Source: an uncultured virus (IMG/VR IMGVR_UViG_3300005253_000213) (Duplodnaviria; Heunggongvirae; Uroviricota; Caudoviricetes). From it: a DNA stretch of 20,000 nt. Each line of letters opens with the position of its first letter. The stretch's first letter is position 1. Under the pieces are notes generated by a model, which worked only from the letters and a program-made list of their open reading frames with translations, made no database searches and was not told where the DNA came from. Positions 9,094-17,606 of this stretch are shown piece after piece. Location of the stretch: the IMG/VR virus record IMGVR_UViG_3300005253_000213; one strand, 5' to 3'. The position numbers and the translations under genes were made by a program.

Positions 9094-10012
9094 GTGACCG
9101 CAAAGAAGAAGGCGAAGAAGAAGGCGAAGAAGAAGGCGCCGAAGAAGCAGTCGGCAGCGGGGCCGGCCAAGCCGCCCAAGCCCGCTGCGAAGGCAAGTGT
9201 TCCTGCCAAGGCGCCCAAGGCCATGCTCGCGGAGGCCACCGAGCGCTTCAAGAAGGACATCGAGAAGCTGCGCAATCGGCGTAAGGGGCTCGCCGGTGAT
9301 CTGCTGCAGTACAGGTACGACATTGGCCTCATGGTAATCAAGATCGCCGAGGAGAAGAACAAGGCGACCCACGAGCGCTGCTACGGTTCGCACACCGTCG
9401 CGGATACGGCCAAGCTGCTCAGCGAGGCTCTCTCGACGGTCTACGCCTGCATGAAGTTCGTCAGGCAGTTCAGCAAGAAGGAGCTCGCGGAGTTCAAGGC
9501 CAAGGAGTGGCCGTGGCGGGCAGTTTCATCACTCGTCACCGTCGAGGATGCAAAGACCAGGAAGCAGCTCAAGGCCGACTTCGAGAAGGGCAAGTTCGAT
9601 ACCTCCGATGCGTTCAAGAACCAGGTCAAGCAGACGAACACCAAGCAGCGTGCCGACGGCACCAAGACGGACGGACGGGGCTCCGGCGGCGCTGGCGGCC
9701 AGGCCGNNNNNNNNNNNNNNNNNNNNNNNNNNNNNNNNNNNNNNNNNNNNNNNNNNNNNNNNNNNNNNNNNNNNNNNNNNNNNNNNNNNNNNNNNNNNNN
9801 NNNNGCTCAACACGGTCTTCGCACAGGCGGCGAAGCGCCTCCTGCCCGAGGCCATCGAGGGCGTGCGGACCTTCATCCAGAACTCGCAGAAGATGACTCC
9901 GGCAACGGCCGAGAAGGCGGCGGCCGAGATCAAGGAGTCCAAGGGCAACGTCGCGGCGGTCGAGAAGATGATCGTGCAGTACAAGAAGGCCGTGCAGGAC
10001 TCTGGAGTCTAG
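9094..10012 (+). CDS. Lys/Ala-rich DNA-binding protein with DUF1016_N/ParB-HTH-like domain; spans the assembly gap
   Basis: GTG 9094 follows gagaggag. N-terminus AKKKAKKKAKKKAPKK; YRYDIG..YGSHTVADTAKLL..VYACMKF..WRAVSSLV resembles DUF1016_N. After the Ns the coding-like frame LNTVFAQAAK...DSGV* ends at 10012 with the same strong GC3 bias. Confidence 0.6.
9707..9804. other. Assembly gap (98 N)
   Basis: Run of n; the true length is unknown. Confidence 1.
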
Positions 10013-10020
10013 TACGGTTA

Positions 10021-10062
10021 GTCGCGCGGGCACCGACAATAGTGTCGGTGCCCACGCGCGGC
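10021..10062 (+). other. GC-rich intergenic stem-loop, no U-tract
   Basis: gggcaccgaca-atag-tgtcggtgccc is a perfect 11-bp stem, extended by gtcgcgc/gcgcggc after a 2-nt bulge. Confidence 0.75.
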
Positions 10063-10079
10063 ATGGAAGGAGAAAGCCG

Positions 10080-10628
10080 ATGCCTGAGTCGAACAAGGCG
10101 GTGGAAGCGCTGATCGCGCTCAACAAGTTGCATGTGCAGACCAAGTCGCCGACGGCCTGGGAGTTGCATTTGCAGAACAAGGCGACGGCCTGGCAGCAGC
10201 TCCTACGCTATGGTGGGATCAAGACCGTTGGCAATCTGCTGGCGAGTCGCAAGGGCGTGTTCGGCTTCATCGCGATCGCGCTCAGCTACTGGCTTCTGCT
10301 CGGCAGACTGCCGGCAGAGGCTGCACCGGAGCTCATTGCCCAGATGGGCGAGGTCTTCGGCATGATCGTCGCGGTCGTGGTCGCTACCGTCGTTGGCGGA
10401 ACCGCGCTGGAAGATGCACTCAAGCGCGGTGCAACGAAGGCCGGACCTGCGTGGCTACCGCCCAAGCTGGCTGCGGCGGTAGGAAAGGCATACGATCGTC
10501 TGCAATCCGGTGACAACGAGGAAGAAGTCACGAAGGAGCTGGGGGCGGCAGTCACGAAGGAGCTGGGACCGGCAATCATCAAGTCGTTGCTGGCCAGTGA
10601 CGATTCCAGCTCGGCTTCTGCGGGCTGA
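10080..10628 (+). CDS. Two-TM membrane protein, possibly holin-like
   Basis: SD gaaggag. SRK followed by hydrophobic helix GVFGFIAIALSYWLLL, and a second helix VFGMIVAVVVATVVGG..ED; this resembles small SRK-motif phage holin-like proteins. Confidence 0.5.
   Translation: MPESNKAVEALIALNKLHVQTKSPTAWELHLQNKATAWQQLLRYGGIKTVGNLLASRKGVFGFIAIALSYWLLLGRLPAEAAPELIAQMGEVFGMIVAVVVATVVGGTALEDALKRGATKAGPAWLPPKLAAAVGKAYDRLQSGDNEEEVTKELGAAVTKELGPAIIKSLLASDDSSSASAG
10526..10567 (+). repeat. 18-bp direct repeat, period 24 (VTKELG x2)
   Basis: agtcacgaaggagctggg at 10526 and 10550. Confidence 0.85.
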
Positions 10629-10649
10629 CCAGGCGGCAACCCCATATCT

Positions 10650-10685
10650 ATAGAAGCAGCGATCTTTGGATCGCTGTTTCTATTT
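10650..10685 (+). terminator. Rho-independent terminator
   Basis: atagaagcagcgatc-tttg-gatcgctgtttctat forms a 15-bp stem with one G-U; the core stem is followed by tttctattt. Confidence 0.7.
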
Positions 10686-10692
10686 GAAAATC

Positions 10693-11190
10693 ATGCAATA
10701 TCGAGTGTGTCAAGCCTGCAGCATGCCGATTCTTCCGGGCGAGCGTGCGGTTGTGATCAGCGCTGCTGAGGTGCAAAAGGATTCTGGACTGACTGAGAGC
10801 ACGGAGGTTCCCTCGACGGTGCTCTGTACGCACTGCGGGACTCAGGTCATGATCGAAGCACCTGATATCGCCGAGCACGCCAGTCTGCACATCTACGTTG
10901 CCCGTGAAGTTCGTGAAAGATGGATCCATGAGAGTGCGCAACTCAAGACCGTGCTTGCGCAGTTGTTCGACTTCGTTCAGCGCAGCACCCACTTGCGCCG
11001 TATTTCATTCTTGTCACACAAGGATCCAAAGCAGCTACGTATTGTTCTGGACTTCTACGCTGACAAAAAGACGGTGCTGGCTTGGAGCGAACTCAGTAAA
11101 ACGCTTGTGGTGGAAGGAAGTGGTGTGGAGGCGGAGCAGCGCGAACGCGCTATCTATGCTCTTGATGATCACTCCGCGGGGGGTAAATAA
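10693..11190 (+). CDS. Hypothetical Zn-ribbon protein
   Basis: CQAC...CTHC. Start uncertain because no clear SD is present. Confidence 0.65.
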   Translation: MQYRVCQACSMPILPGERAVVISAAEVQKDSGLTESTEVPSTVLCTHCGTQVMIEAPDIAEHASLHIYVAREVRERWIHESAQLKTVLAQLFDFVQRSTHLRRISFLSHKDPKQLRIVLDFYADKKTVLAWSELSKTLVVEGSGVEAEQRERAIYALDDHSAGGK

Positions 11191-11283
11191 CGGGTGGTCA
11201 TCAGCATCCTGTTTGGGGCCGCCTCCACGTGAGTAAGCATATTGCATGCAGGTAGAGGACGCAAGCGAAGGAAAGAGGTTATC

Positions 11284-11889
11284 ATGAAACGAACATACAT
11301 GAAAACTGTCAAGCAGCCAGATCGCCAACCGTTTCCGCTCTCAAAACAAGCGGTCAAGGCTATGTATTATGAGGAGCACGTGAGCATGTGCGAGATAGGG
11401 AAGAAGGCGAAGCGCTCCAGACAGTGCGTAGCTCGGTGGATGACATATTGGGGATTCCAGCGTCGCACATCTCTCGAAGGGCTTCGTCTAGCGAGGAAGG
11501 ATGCTGCACACGGTCCTAACTGGAAAGGCGGAGAGTGGTTTCAGCCCAGCTCAGGTTATTGGGTTGTCTATGCTCCAAGTCATCCTTATGCGAGCACACG
11601 AAACACCATTCGTCGTTGCCGCGCTGTTGCAGAAGAGCGGATTGGCCGCTTGTGTACTGAACAAGAGGTAGTACATCATCTTGATTTCGACAAGGCTAAC
11701 GATGAGCCAGAAAATCTGTGTGTACTTTCGAAGAGGCTACATGCGCTTCTTCACATGGCATTGGGGCGGGTTGGCGCTGCCAAACTACTGCGGCGAAAAT
11801 GCCCTAACCTGCCGTCTATCACAGCAAAACTGGTCAAGCTGGTGTATACCGATCGGGTTGCTGAGGTAACCATCAATGAAAGGAGATAG
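11284..11889 (+). CDS. Free-standing HNH (HNH_3-like) homing endonuclease with N-terminal HTH
   Basis: HGPNWKGG, YAPSHPYA and VVHHLDFDKANDEPENL...HALLH. gaggt SD; visibly more AT-rich than its neighbours. Confidence 0.85.
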   Translation: MKRTYMKTVKQPDRQPFPLSKQAVKAMYYEEHVSMCEIGKKAKRSRQCVARWMTYWGFQRRTSLEGLRLARKDAAHGPNWKGGEWFQPSSGYWVVYAPSHPYASTRNTIRRCRAVAEERIGRLCTEQEVVHHLDFDKANDEPENLCVLSKRLHALLHMALGRVGAAKLLRRKCPNLPSITAKLVKLVYTDRVAEVTINERR

Positions 11890-12392
11890 TGTCATTGTAC
11901 ACTCCGTGTTTTGGTGATATGTGGGATCGGTGGGGCACACCCGTCTCGCTTTTCTGCATTACTGCGAATTCGTATTTGAGGCGCGATGGTGCGCTCACGA
12001 TGGGGCGTGGAATTGCCAAGCAGCTCAAAGACATGCAGCCGGAGATAGCATGGGATGCGGCAGCAGCAATACGCGATCAGCCGATTCCGCACGCCTATGG
12101 TTTTGTGGTCATCCCTGTGATCCAATCGGCAAACAGGGTGCGCAGCGAGATCAAGCAGATGGTCGGATTCTTTCAAGTGAAGGATCACTTCAAGAGCCTG
12201 GCTGATCTGAAGCTCATCGCACATTCGGTGCAGGCACTCAAGGCGTATCTCCATGACCATCGTCACATTCCCGAGGTCAACCTGAACTATCCAGGCATCG
12301 GCTACGGGTGTCGTACGGTAACGGATGTGGAGCCGCTCCTGCGGAGTCTACCGCCGGTCGTTCACATTTGGAGGTTTGCACATGAGCGATGA
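11889..12392 (+). CDS. Macro-domain protein (ADP-ribose binding/hydrolase, Poa1p/TARG1/DarG-like)
   Basis: GDMW, ITAN....G..TMGRGIAKQ, FQVK.H and YPGIGYG; SD aaggag precedes the GTG. Confidence 0.8.
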   Translation: MSLYTPCFGDMWDRWGTPVSLFCITANSYLRRDGALTMGRGIAKQLKDMQPEIAWDAAAAIRDQPIPHAYGFVVIPVIQSANRVRSEIKQMVGFFQVKDHFKSLADLKLIAHSVQALKAYLHDHRHIPEVNLNYPGIGYGCRTVTDVEPLLRSLPPVVHIWRFAHER

Positions 12393-12984
12393 GAAGAAAC
12401 GACTACGCGTCGAGTGCGAGCTGCACGAGAAGGACTTCTCGACGATCACGATCCGTGGCGAGAAAGAAGACATCGTTCGGCTCGCCGGTGCACTGCAATA
12501 CGGCATGAAGTGGATTCGTATGCGGCCGGACGGCGAGATCGAAACATCTGACGTCTACACGACACCGCCGGTCCCTATTGCTGACCCTGGGATGCGCAAC
12601 ATCTGGCAGCTCGATCCATTGCCGGAGGGGGCATCCGTTCAGATGAAGCTCTTCTACGATGATCCTGAGATGCAGGAGCCGAAGAGGGATTGGAGCAAGA
12701 AACATCGCTCCATCTATCTCCAGAGCATTCAGGGCTACGACGGACAGGATGCATACGTTTCACGTGCGAAGCGCTTGGCGGAAGCGGGCTTCGTATGTTT
12801 GCGCAGCTGCCGTGGTGATGACGGCAAGTACTGGGAGATCTGGTATCTGTCCGGTCCATGCTGCGGACGCGGTCCGCTCAAGGACATGAAGACGGCCGAT
12901 GAGATCAAGGAGTGGGTTCTCAGCACCATCGGTCCTGGGACAGTGACTCTCAGCGGAGAGCACTGGGGACTGTCAATCGACTAA
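12382..12984 (+). CDS. Hypothetical protein
   Basis: ggaggt SD precedes ATG 12382; coding-like composition. Confidence 0.75.
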   Translation: MSDEKKRLRVECELHEKDFSTITIRGEKEDIVRLAGALQYGMKWIRMRPDGEIETSDVYTTPPVPIADPGMRNIWQLDPLPEGASVQMKLFYDDPEMQEPKRDWSKKHRSIYLQSIQGYDGQDAYVSRAKRLAEAGFVCLRSCRGDDGKYWEIWYLSGPCCGRGPLKDMKTADEIKEWVLSTIGPGTVTLSGEHWGLSID

Positions 12985-12993
12985 GGAGGCGAA

Positions 12994-13605
12994 ATGCCGA
13001 CGAAGAGAAAGCGTGCTCGGAAGCGGAAACCGCTTTCCAAGGCTGAACTCGACGACTACTACCTGGTGAAGTTCACCTTGCCGGAAACGCATTCGCACAG
13101 AGGGTTGCGCTACGGTATCGTCAGTCACTCATCTTTCGATGAGGATGTGAAGCGGGAAGCGGAACGCGGCAATCTGGTCATATCTGACTGCGAGGTGCCG
13201 ATTCCTTGGATTCGTGCAGCTGATCACGTGGAGAAGGTACCAATTGGGCGTGGATTGCTGCCCAATATCGATCCCGTGGAGCAGTGGCTCGATGATAAGG
13301 GCAAAGCCGCGGCGCAACTTGCGTTGGCGTCACCAACGTGCGTCAACCAGCTCGTTTCGCTTGACGTTGCCGACGGTCTTGCCTGGTACATCATCGTGGA
13401 GGAGACCAAACGCACACTCACGGTTGAGTGGCGAAGCTATGGCGGAGGTGATCGCTATACCGACGTGATCCTGGGTTGGGGTGGTACATTTCCGCGGGAT
13501 CGCCTGGAGCCTCTTATCATGGATGCGGAAGAGCTCAACCGGTTCATCGCGGAAATCGATCGCCGGAAGAAACAGCCGGCACAGCAGGAGGCAACAGGGG
13601 TATGA
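12994..13605 (+). CDS. Hypothetical protein with basic N-terminus
   Basis: taaggagg SD; begins MPTKRKRARKRK. Confidence 0.8.
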   Translation: MPTKRKRARKRKPLSKAELDDYYLVKFTLPETHSHRGLRYGIVSHSSFDEDVKREAERGNLVISDCEVPIPWIRAADHVEKVPIGRGLLPNIDPVEQWLDDKGKAAAQLALASPTCVNQLVSLDVADGLAWYIIVEETKRTLTVEWRSYGGGDRYTDVILGWGGTFPRDRLEPLIMDAEELNRFIAEIDRRKKQPAQQEATGV

Positions 13606-14126
13606 ATGCGAGAATCAAGTTCAGCCTGGTTTCAGCCAGTACGCATCACTGCGACAACTGCAGCCGGGAACACAAGGCTGCGGCTCTGCACGGTATCGCC
13701 AATCTCTTTGATCGGCTTGAGCCTGGCGGTACCGTACCGTCGGGTGAGTGTCCCGAGTGTGGTGCGCTCTGCTACCCGGTAGAGACCGTTCAGCAGCGCC
13801 GAAAACGCCGACGCAGGCGGCAACTGGCAGCTTGCGATACTTGCAGTGAGTACTGCCAGTCTTCCGCAGCGGTTCTGATATGCTATGCCTGCGGTGAGAC
13901 AACGTGCATGGATTGCAGCAGGCTTTTGCTGGACCACGGCTACTCACACAGGTACATTCGCGTCTGCGCGAACTGCCTGGAAATCTGGCCCGAACGGTTT
14001 GGGCTTACGGCCGACGATGCGCCGGACAGCCACTTCTTGCTTCAGTTCATACCGGAACAACCGACTGACCTGAAGGAGTTCAGGGATGAACTGATCGAGA
14101 TAGGAAGGAAGAACGGATGTACCTGA
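13602..14126 (+). CDS. Multi-CxxC Zn-finger protein
   Basis: ATGA overlap. Six CxxC pairs (CDNC, CPEC, CDTC, CYAC, CMDC, CANC) with an Arg run between the second and third. Confidence 0.75.
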   Translation: MNARIKFSLVSASTHHCDNCSREHKAAALHGIANLFDRLEPGGTVPSGECPECGALCYPVETVQQRRKRRRRRQLAACDTCSEYCQSSAAVLICYACGETTCMDCSRLLLDHGYSHRYIRVCANCLEIWPERFGLTADDAPDSHFLLQFIPEQPTDLKEFRDELIEIGRKNGCT

Positions 14127-14407
14127 CATGTTTGGCATGCAGGGAGCGGGTTGAGACACAACATCGTGATCTCGATCGCGCAATGCGGGAAACGAAGTAC
14201 CGCCCGATATTTCCCGAGAAGGGTGTGAGGTGGCTCTGCAGCAAGTGCGCTGCCAAGGCAGAAGAGCACGCGGCAGCGCTGCTGGAGCTACTCAAGGGTG
14301 AGATAGCGCCGCTCTGGCATCTGGTATCCGAGAAGCGCCGGCTCAAGATCGTGAGTGACAATGCCCCTGATACCGATAGCGCTGAAACAAGCGGACAGGG
14401 AGCCTAA
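14117..14407 (+). CDS. Small Zn-ribbon hypothetical protein
   Basis: CLAC...CSKC; purine-rich SD upstream. Confidence 0.65.
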   Translation: MYLTCLACRERVETQHRDLDRAMRETKYRPIFPEKGVRWLCSKCAAKAEEHAAALLELLKGEIAPLWHLVSEKRRLKIVSDNAPDTDSAETSGQGA

Positions 14408-14915
14408 CGCTCACTGGTGCTTCATTGGTGATATGCGCATCCTCTTCTCATACGAGACACCCGTTGCTTTCGAGCGCGGGTCAGTTCGTTGTGTGAGCAA
14501 GATGCGCGTCACCAAGACAACGCGCCGGCAGCTTTCCAGGCTCTGCGCGAAGTGGCCGGCGCAAGAACATGATGAGCTACTGCGGTTGATCGCTGACAAC
14601 CTGCTCGTCATTATCAAGGATCTCAAGGGCGGTTACGACATCGTCCATGAGTCCCGGCAGTACAACACTATTCTCACTGACCTCGTTGACATGCTTGGTA
14701 CACTTGATGACCAAGACTGGGACGATGTTGGGCGGCTCAAGCAGGCGGTCGATCAAGTGCATTCGGCCGCCCTTGCTGCGATGCTCAACTTGACCGGAAC
14801 CAGAGGAGATCCAAAGGTGCTGTTTTCGACAACGTCGAGTGGGATACTGCTGAAAGCACTGGTTGACAGGGTTGCTGCGGGCAAGCTTGTACCGAACCCA
14901 GCGGTGTCACGATGA
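14361..14915 (+). CDS. Hypothetical phage protein
   Basis: FSYETPVA...TKTT..Q resembles a pattern seen in small phage proteins; start uncertain (14355 or 14361). Confidence 0.65.
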   Translation: MPLIPIALKQADREPNAHWCFIGDMRILFSYETPVAFERGSVRCVSKMRVTKTTRRQLSRLCAKWPAQEHDELLRLIADNLLVIIKDLKGGYDIVHESRQYNTILTDLVDMLGTLDDQDWDDVGRLKQAVDQVHSAALAAMLNLTGTRGDPKVLFSTTSSGILLKALVDRVAAGKLVPNPAVSR

Positions 14916-15244
14916 ACTTCTTCGACGAAGCAACGTGGGGACCGATCGTCAACGAGCTCGACAGGCGTACTCGTTACTGGCTGCAGGCTCGTCAGGCTGC
15001 GTGGCAGTTCTTCACAGAGGCAGTACGTGAGCTTCTGAAAGACGAGATCGAGATCAGCATGAAGCTCGTTGTTGAGATGGCTCGGTACAACGCTCGAAAG
15101 GTCGGCATTGGCGTGCGGATTTCAAACAGCTACACTACCTATGTCCGTGATCTGATATGTGTGGAGCTGCCCGCGGCCGAGAAGTATCTGACTGGTGGAC
15201 GGCGTAAGGTCAAGGACGAGGACGAACTGAGTCTGGAGGACTAA
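14912..15244 (+). CDS. Hypothetical phage protein
   Basis: ATGA overlap upstream and TAATG overlap downstream. Confidence 0.7.
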   Translation: MNFFDEATWGPIVNELDRRTRYWLQARQAAWQFFTEAVRELLKDEIEISMKLVVEMARYNARKVGIGVRISNSYTTYVRDLICVELPAAEKYLTGGRRKVKDEDELSLED

Positions 15245-15960
15245 TGTTCGTGGATATTTACTGCCTGCTGTACGGTGATCACGCACGGCTGCACCTCCGG
15301 CTGTTGAAGAGCCTTGTCAGGTATCTGCCATCGGGCGAGGCTCATGTCGTTATCTGGGCGAATGTTGTCTGTCATCGAACAGCAAAATGGCTCCACGATC
15401 ATGCGCCCGAGGATTGGGATCTCGTTTTCAGTGAAGAGAACGTGCCAAAGTACACGGCTATGCGAAAGATGCTTCACGAAACGCATAAGCCAACGACACC
15501 TTGGATCGTCTGGTTTGACGACGATTCTCATGTTGTGCAACCAGACTGGTGGTCCAAGACAAGGAAGTACATCGAAGAGAAGGAGTCGGAGAGCATCGTA
15601 TACTTCGGGGAGCGGTGGTACGTTCATCACTTACCCGGTCAGCCAGAGTTCATCAAGAAAGCAAGCTGGTACGCAGGCAGAGCTTGGGAGCTGTGTCCGA
15701 CCAGGAAGAAAGGCGTGCGGAAGCCCGGAATTACTTTTGCAACCGGCGCCTACTGGTGGCTGAGAACCGATGTAATGAAGCGACTGGACTGGCCGGATAT
15801 GCGATTACGGCATAATGGCGGGGACACATTGCTCGGTGAGGCGGTGAGGCAAAGCGGTTTGCCTTTTCACAACTTTCACTATGGCGTAAAGGTCAACGAC
15901 GCACTGCGGCGCGGCTATCACGAGAAGCCAGCAGGAGCGAGCGTCAACGTTCGGCGATAG
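15244..15960 (+). CDS. Glycosyltransferase, GT-A fold (GT2-like)
   Basis: WIVWFDDDSHV DxD motif after a hydrophobic strand, SEENVPK, FATGAYW and GGDTLLG; ggagga SD. Confidence 0.75.
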   Translation: MFVDIYCLLYGDHARLHLRLLKSLVRYLPSGEAHVVIWANVVCHRTAKWLHDHAPEDWDLVFSEENVPKYTAMRKMLHETHKPTTPWIVWFDDDSHVVQPDWWSKTRKYIEEKESESIVYFGERWYVHHLPGQPEFIKKASWYAGRAWELCPTRKKGVRKPGITFATGAYWWLRTDVMKRLDWPDMRLRHNGGDTLLGEAVRQSGLPFHNFHYGVKVNDALRRGYHEKPAGASVNVRR

Positions 15961-15983
15961 GTAAAATGAAAGGACGGAATAGA

Positions 15984-16283
15984 ATGGCCAGGAGGCGAAC
16001 TCGGAAGAGCGCACAGATACCAGATAGCGCCGGTAAGGAGCTTCTGATCTGTGACCCCAGAACAGCGTGCAAACCTGATCTGACTGCGGCAATCTGTATG
16101 ATCGCAACGAAAGTATCGAAAGTGGACCTGAATCACGCGACTACCTATGTGGTAGGAGTAGGCACCCGCACTCGCAGGCAGCTCGTTGCGGAACTCGACG
16201 TTGCGCTCCAGACAGCGAACCGCCAGGGTTACACGGTGAATTACTACGGTCCGACCGACTCGCAGGACGACTTGGAGCTCTAG
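15984..16283 (+). CDS. Hypothetical protein
   Basis: Fills the gap between the GT and HNH genes; start 15966 or 15984. Confidence 0.6.
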   Translation: MARRRTRKSAQIPDSAGKELLICDPRTACKPDLTAAICMIATKVSKVDLNHATTYVVGVGTRTRRQLVAELDVALQTANRQGYTVNYYGPTDSQDDLEL

Positions 16284-16353
16284 CTGAAGGAGAATGTTCG
16301 TAGGTAAGAGAAGCAATCGATCTGTGATTGCTGGTACGAAGGGATAATCAGTC

Positions 16354-17007
16354 ATGAAGATATGTCCCGATTGTGGGCTTGAGAAGGCATTGAATGCCTT
16401 TCGTAAGGATACAAGATACAGGGATGGGCGGGGTTCTTACTGCAGGCCATGCACACGCAAGCGTTCAAAGCAGTGGCGGTGTGCGCATTCAGCACGAGCA
16501 AAGGCAGTGAGTGCGTGCTACTACAAGCGGCATTCGAAACGGCTGACAGCAGTGCATGCGCGCTGGGCAAAAGCACACCCAAACGCGTGTAGAGCATATG
16601 CAAGCCGCTACAGGGGGGAGAATCCAGAAAAACGGCGTGCGAGCGTTACTCGCTGGGCTAGAACGCACCCAACGCAGGTTCGCGAGAATGGTCGCTGCCG
16701 CCGTGCATGGAAACAAGCTGTGAATGAGAATTTCACAGCTGAAATGGACCAGTTCGTCCACGAGTTCTGGGGATACCAGTGCGCTGTTTGCAGAACATTC
16801 GAGGAGCTATGCGTAGATCACTGGCTTCCGCTCTCGAAAGGGTTCCCACTAACAACGGGGAACGCTGCTCTGCTTTGCAGCTCGTGTAACAGTAAGAAGG
16901 GTGCCAAGCTGCCAGAAGCTGTCTACAACTGGAAGTTCGTGAAGGCAGTGGAGCAGCACCTTCACAAACAAACACAACAGTGGTCAGCCGTAATAGAGGC
17001 CGCTTGA
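16354..17007 (+). CDS. HNH endonuclease, copy 1 (Zn knuckle + five 15-aa repeats + HNH)
   Basis: N-terminal CPDC/CRPC; CAVC..DHWLPLSKG..N..LLCSSCN.KK. Confidence 0.9.
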   Translation: MKICPDCGLEKALNAFRKDTRYRDGRGSYCRPCTRKRSKQWRCAHSARAKAVSACYYKRHSKRLTAVHARWAKAHPNACRAYASRYRGENPEKRRASVTRWARTHPTQVRENGRCRRAWKQAVNENFTAEMDQFVHEFWGYQCAVCRTFEELCVDHWLPLSKGFPLTTGNAALLCSSCNSKKGAKLPEAVYNWKFVKAVEQHLHKQTQQWSAVIEAA

Positions 17008-17022
17008 AAGGAGGTCAAAACA

Positions 17023-17580
17023 ATGCACGCAGGTGATGCAATCTGGTATCTCTATGCCGGGCTGCGTCTCATCGAACGACAACATGCGAACGAGTCGTCA
17101 ACACTCAAACTCGTGAATCACCTGCGCTCCAGCGTCAAGACGCTTGGAGAGCATTGTGGCGTACCCGAGCCATCCGAGGACGATTACACGAAACTCTCTG
17201 TCGCGTTAGAGAATTTCGACGACAACGGGGATGACTTGAGTATGGAAGCCGATGTAGAGTACGCCACAGATCAACTGCCGCGCAAAACGAGTCGCGGCAA
17301 GTACAGCGATCCGAGCACCGTCGAAGCAGCTGTGCAGTTCGTCGACGAGATGGTCAACAGTGGTTGCTTCGACTGGGCGGACTTCGTTTGCATGATTCAA
17401 GAGCAGCTCGGCCGCGACAGCCCGTTCATCACGTCCAAGCAGTTCAAGGCGCTGAAGAACATCGCTGTACGCGGCAAGGTCGATGTTGGTGAAGATGAGG
17501 ACGAGTCGTGGTGGGATCTGTTCGAAGACGAACATCCCGAGGTGGCGAAAATAGTGCTGGAGCAATCGGAACTGGCCTAG
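17023..17580 (+). CDS. Acidic hypothetical protein
   Basis: aaggaggt SD; strongly Asp/Glu-rich. Confidence 0.8.
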   Translation: MHAGDAIWYLYAGLRLIERQHANESSTLKLVNHLRSSVKTLGEHCGVPEPSEDDYTKLSVALENFDDNGDDLSMEADVEYATDQLPRKTSRGKYSDPSTVEAAVQFVDEMVNSGCFDWADFVCMIQEQLGRDSPFITSKQFKALKNIAVRGKVDVGEDEDESWWDLFEDEHPEVAKIVLEQSELA

Positions 17581-17606
17581 CTCCGGCCGAACGAGAGGAC
17601 TACCGT

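Noticed and set aside
9049..10113. 354-aa ORF as called in the track, and an apparent frameshift across the gap
   Set aside because: The gap length is a placeholder; the coding-like frame after the gap is the one ending at 10012, so no real frameshift can be claimed.
11192..11225. Possible hairpin upstream of the first HNH gene
   Set aside because: Short, G-U rich and compatible with chance.
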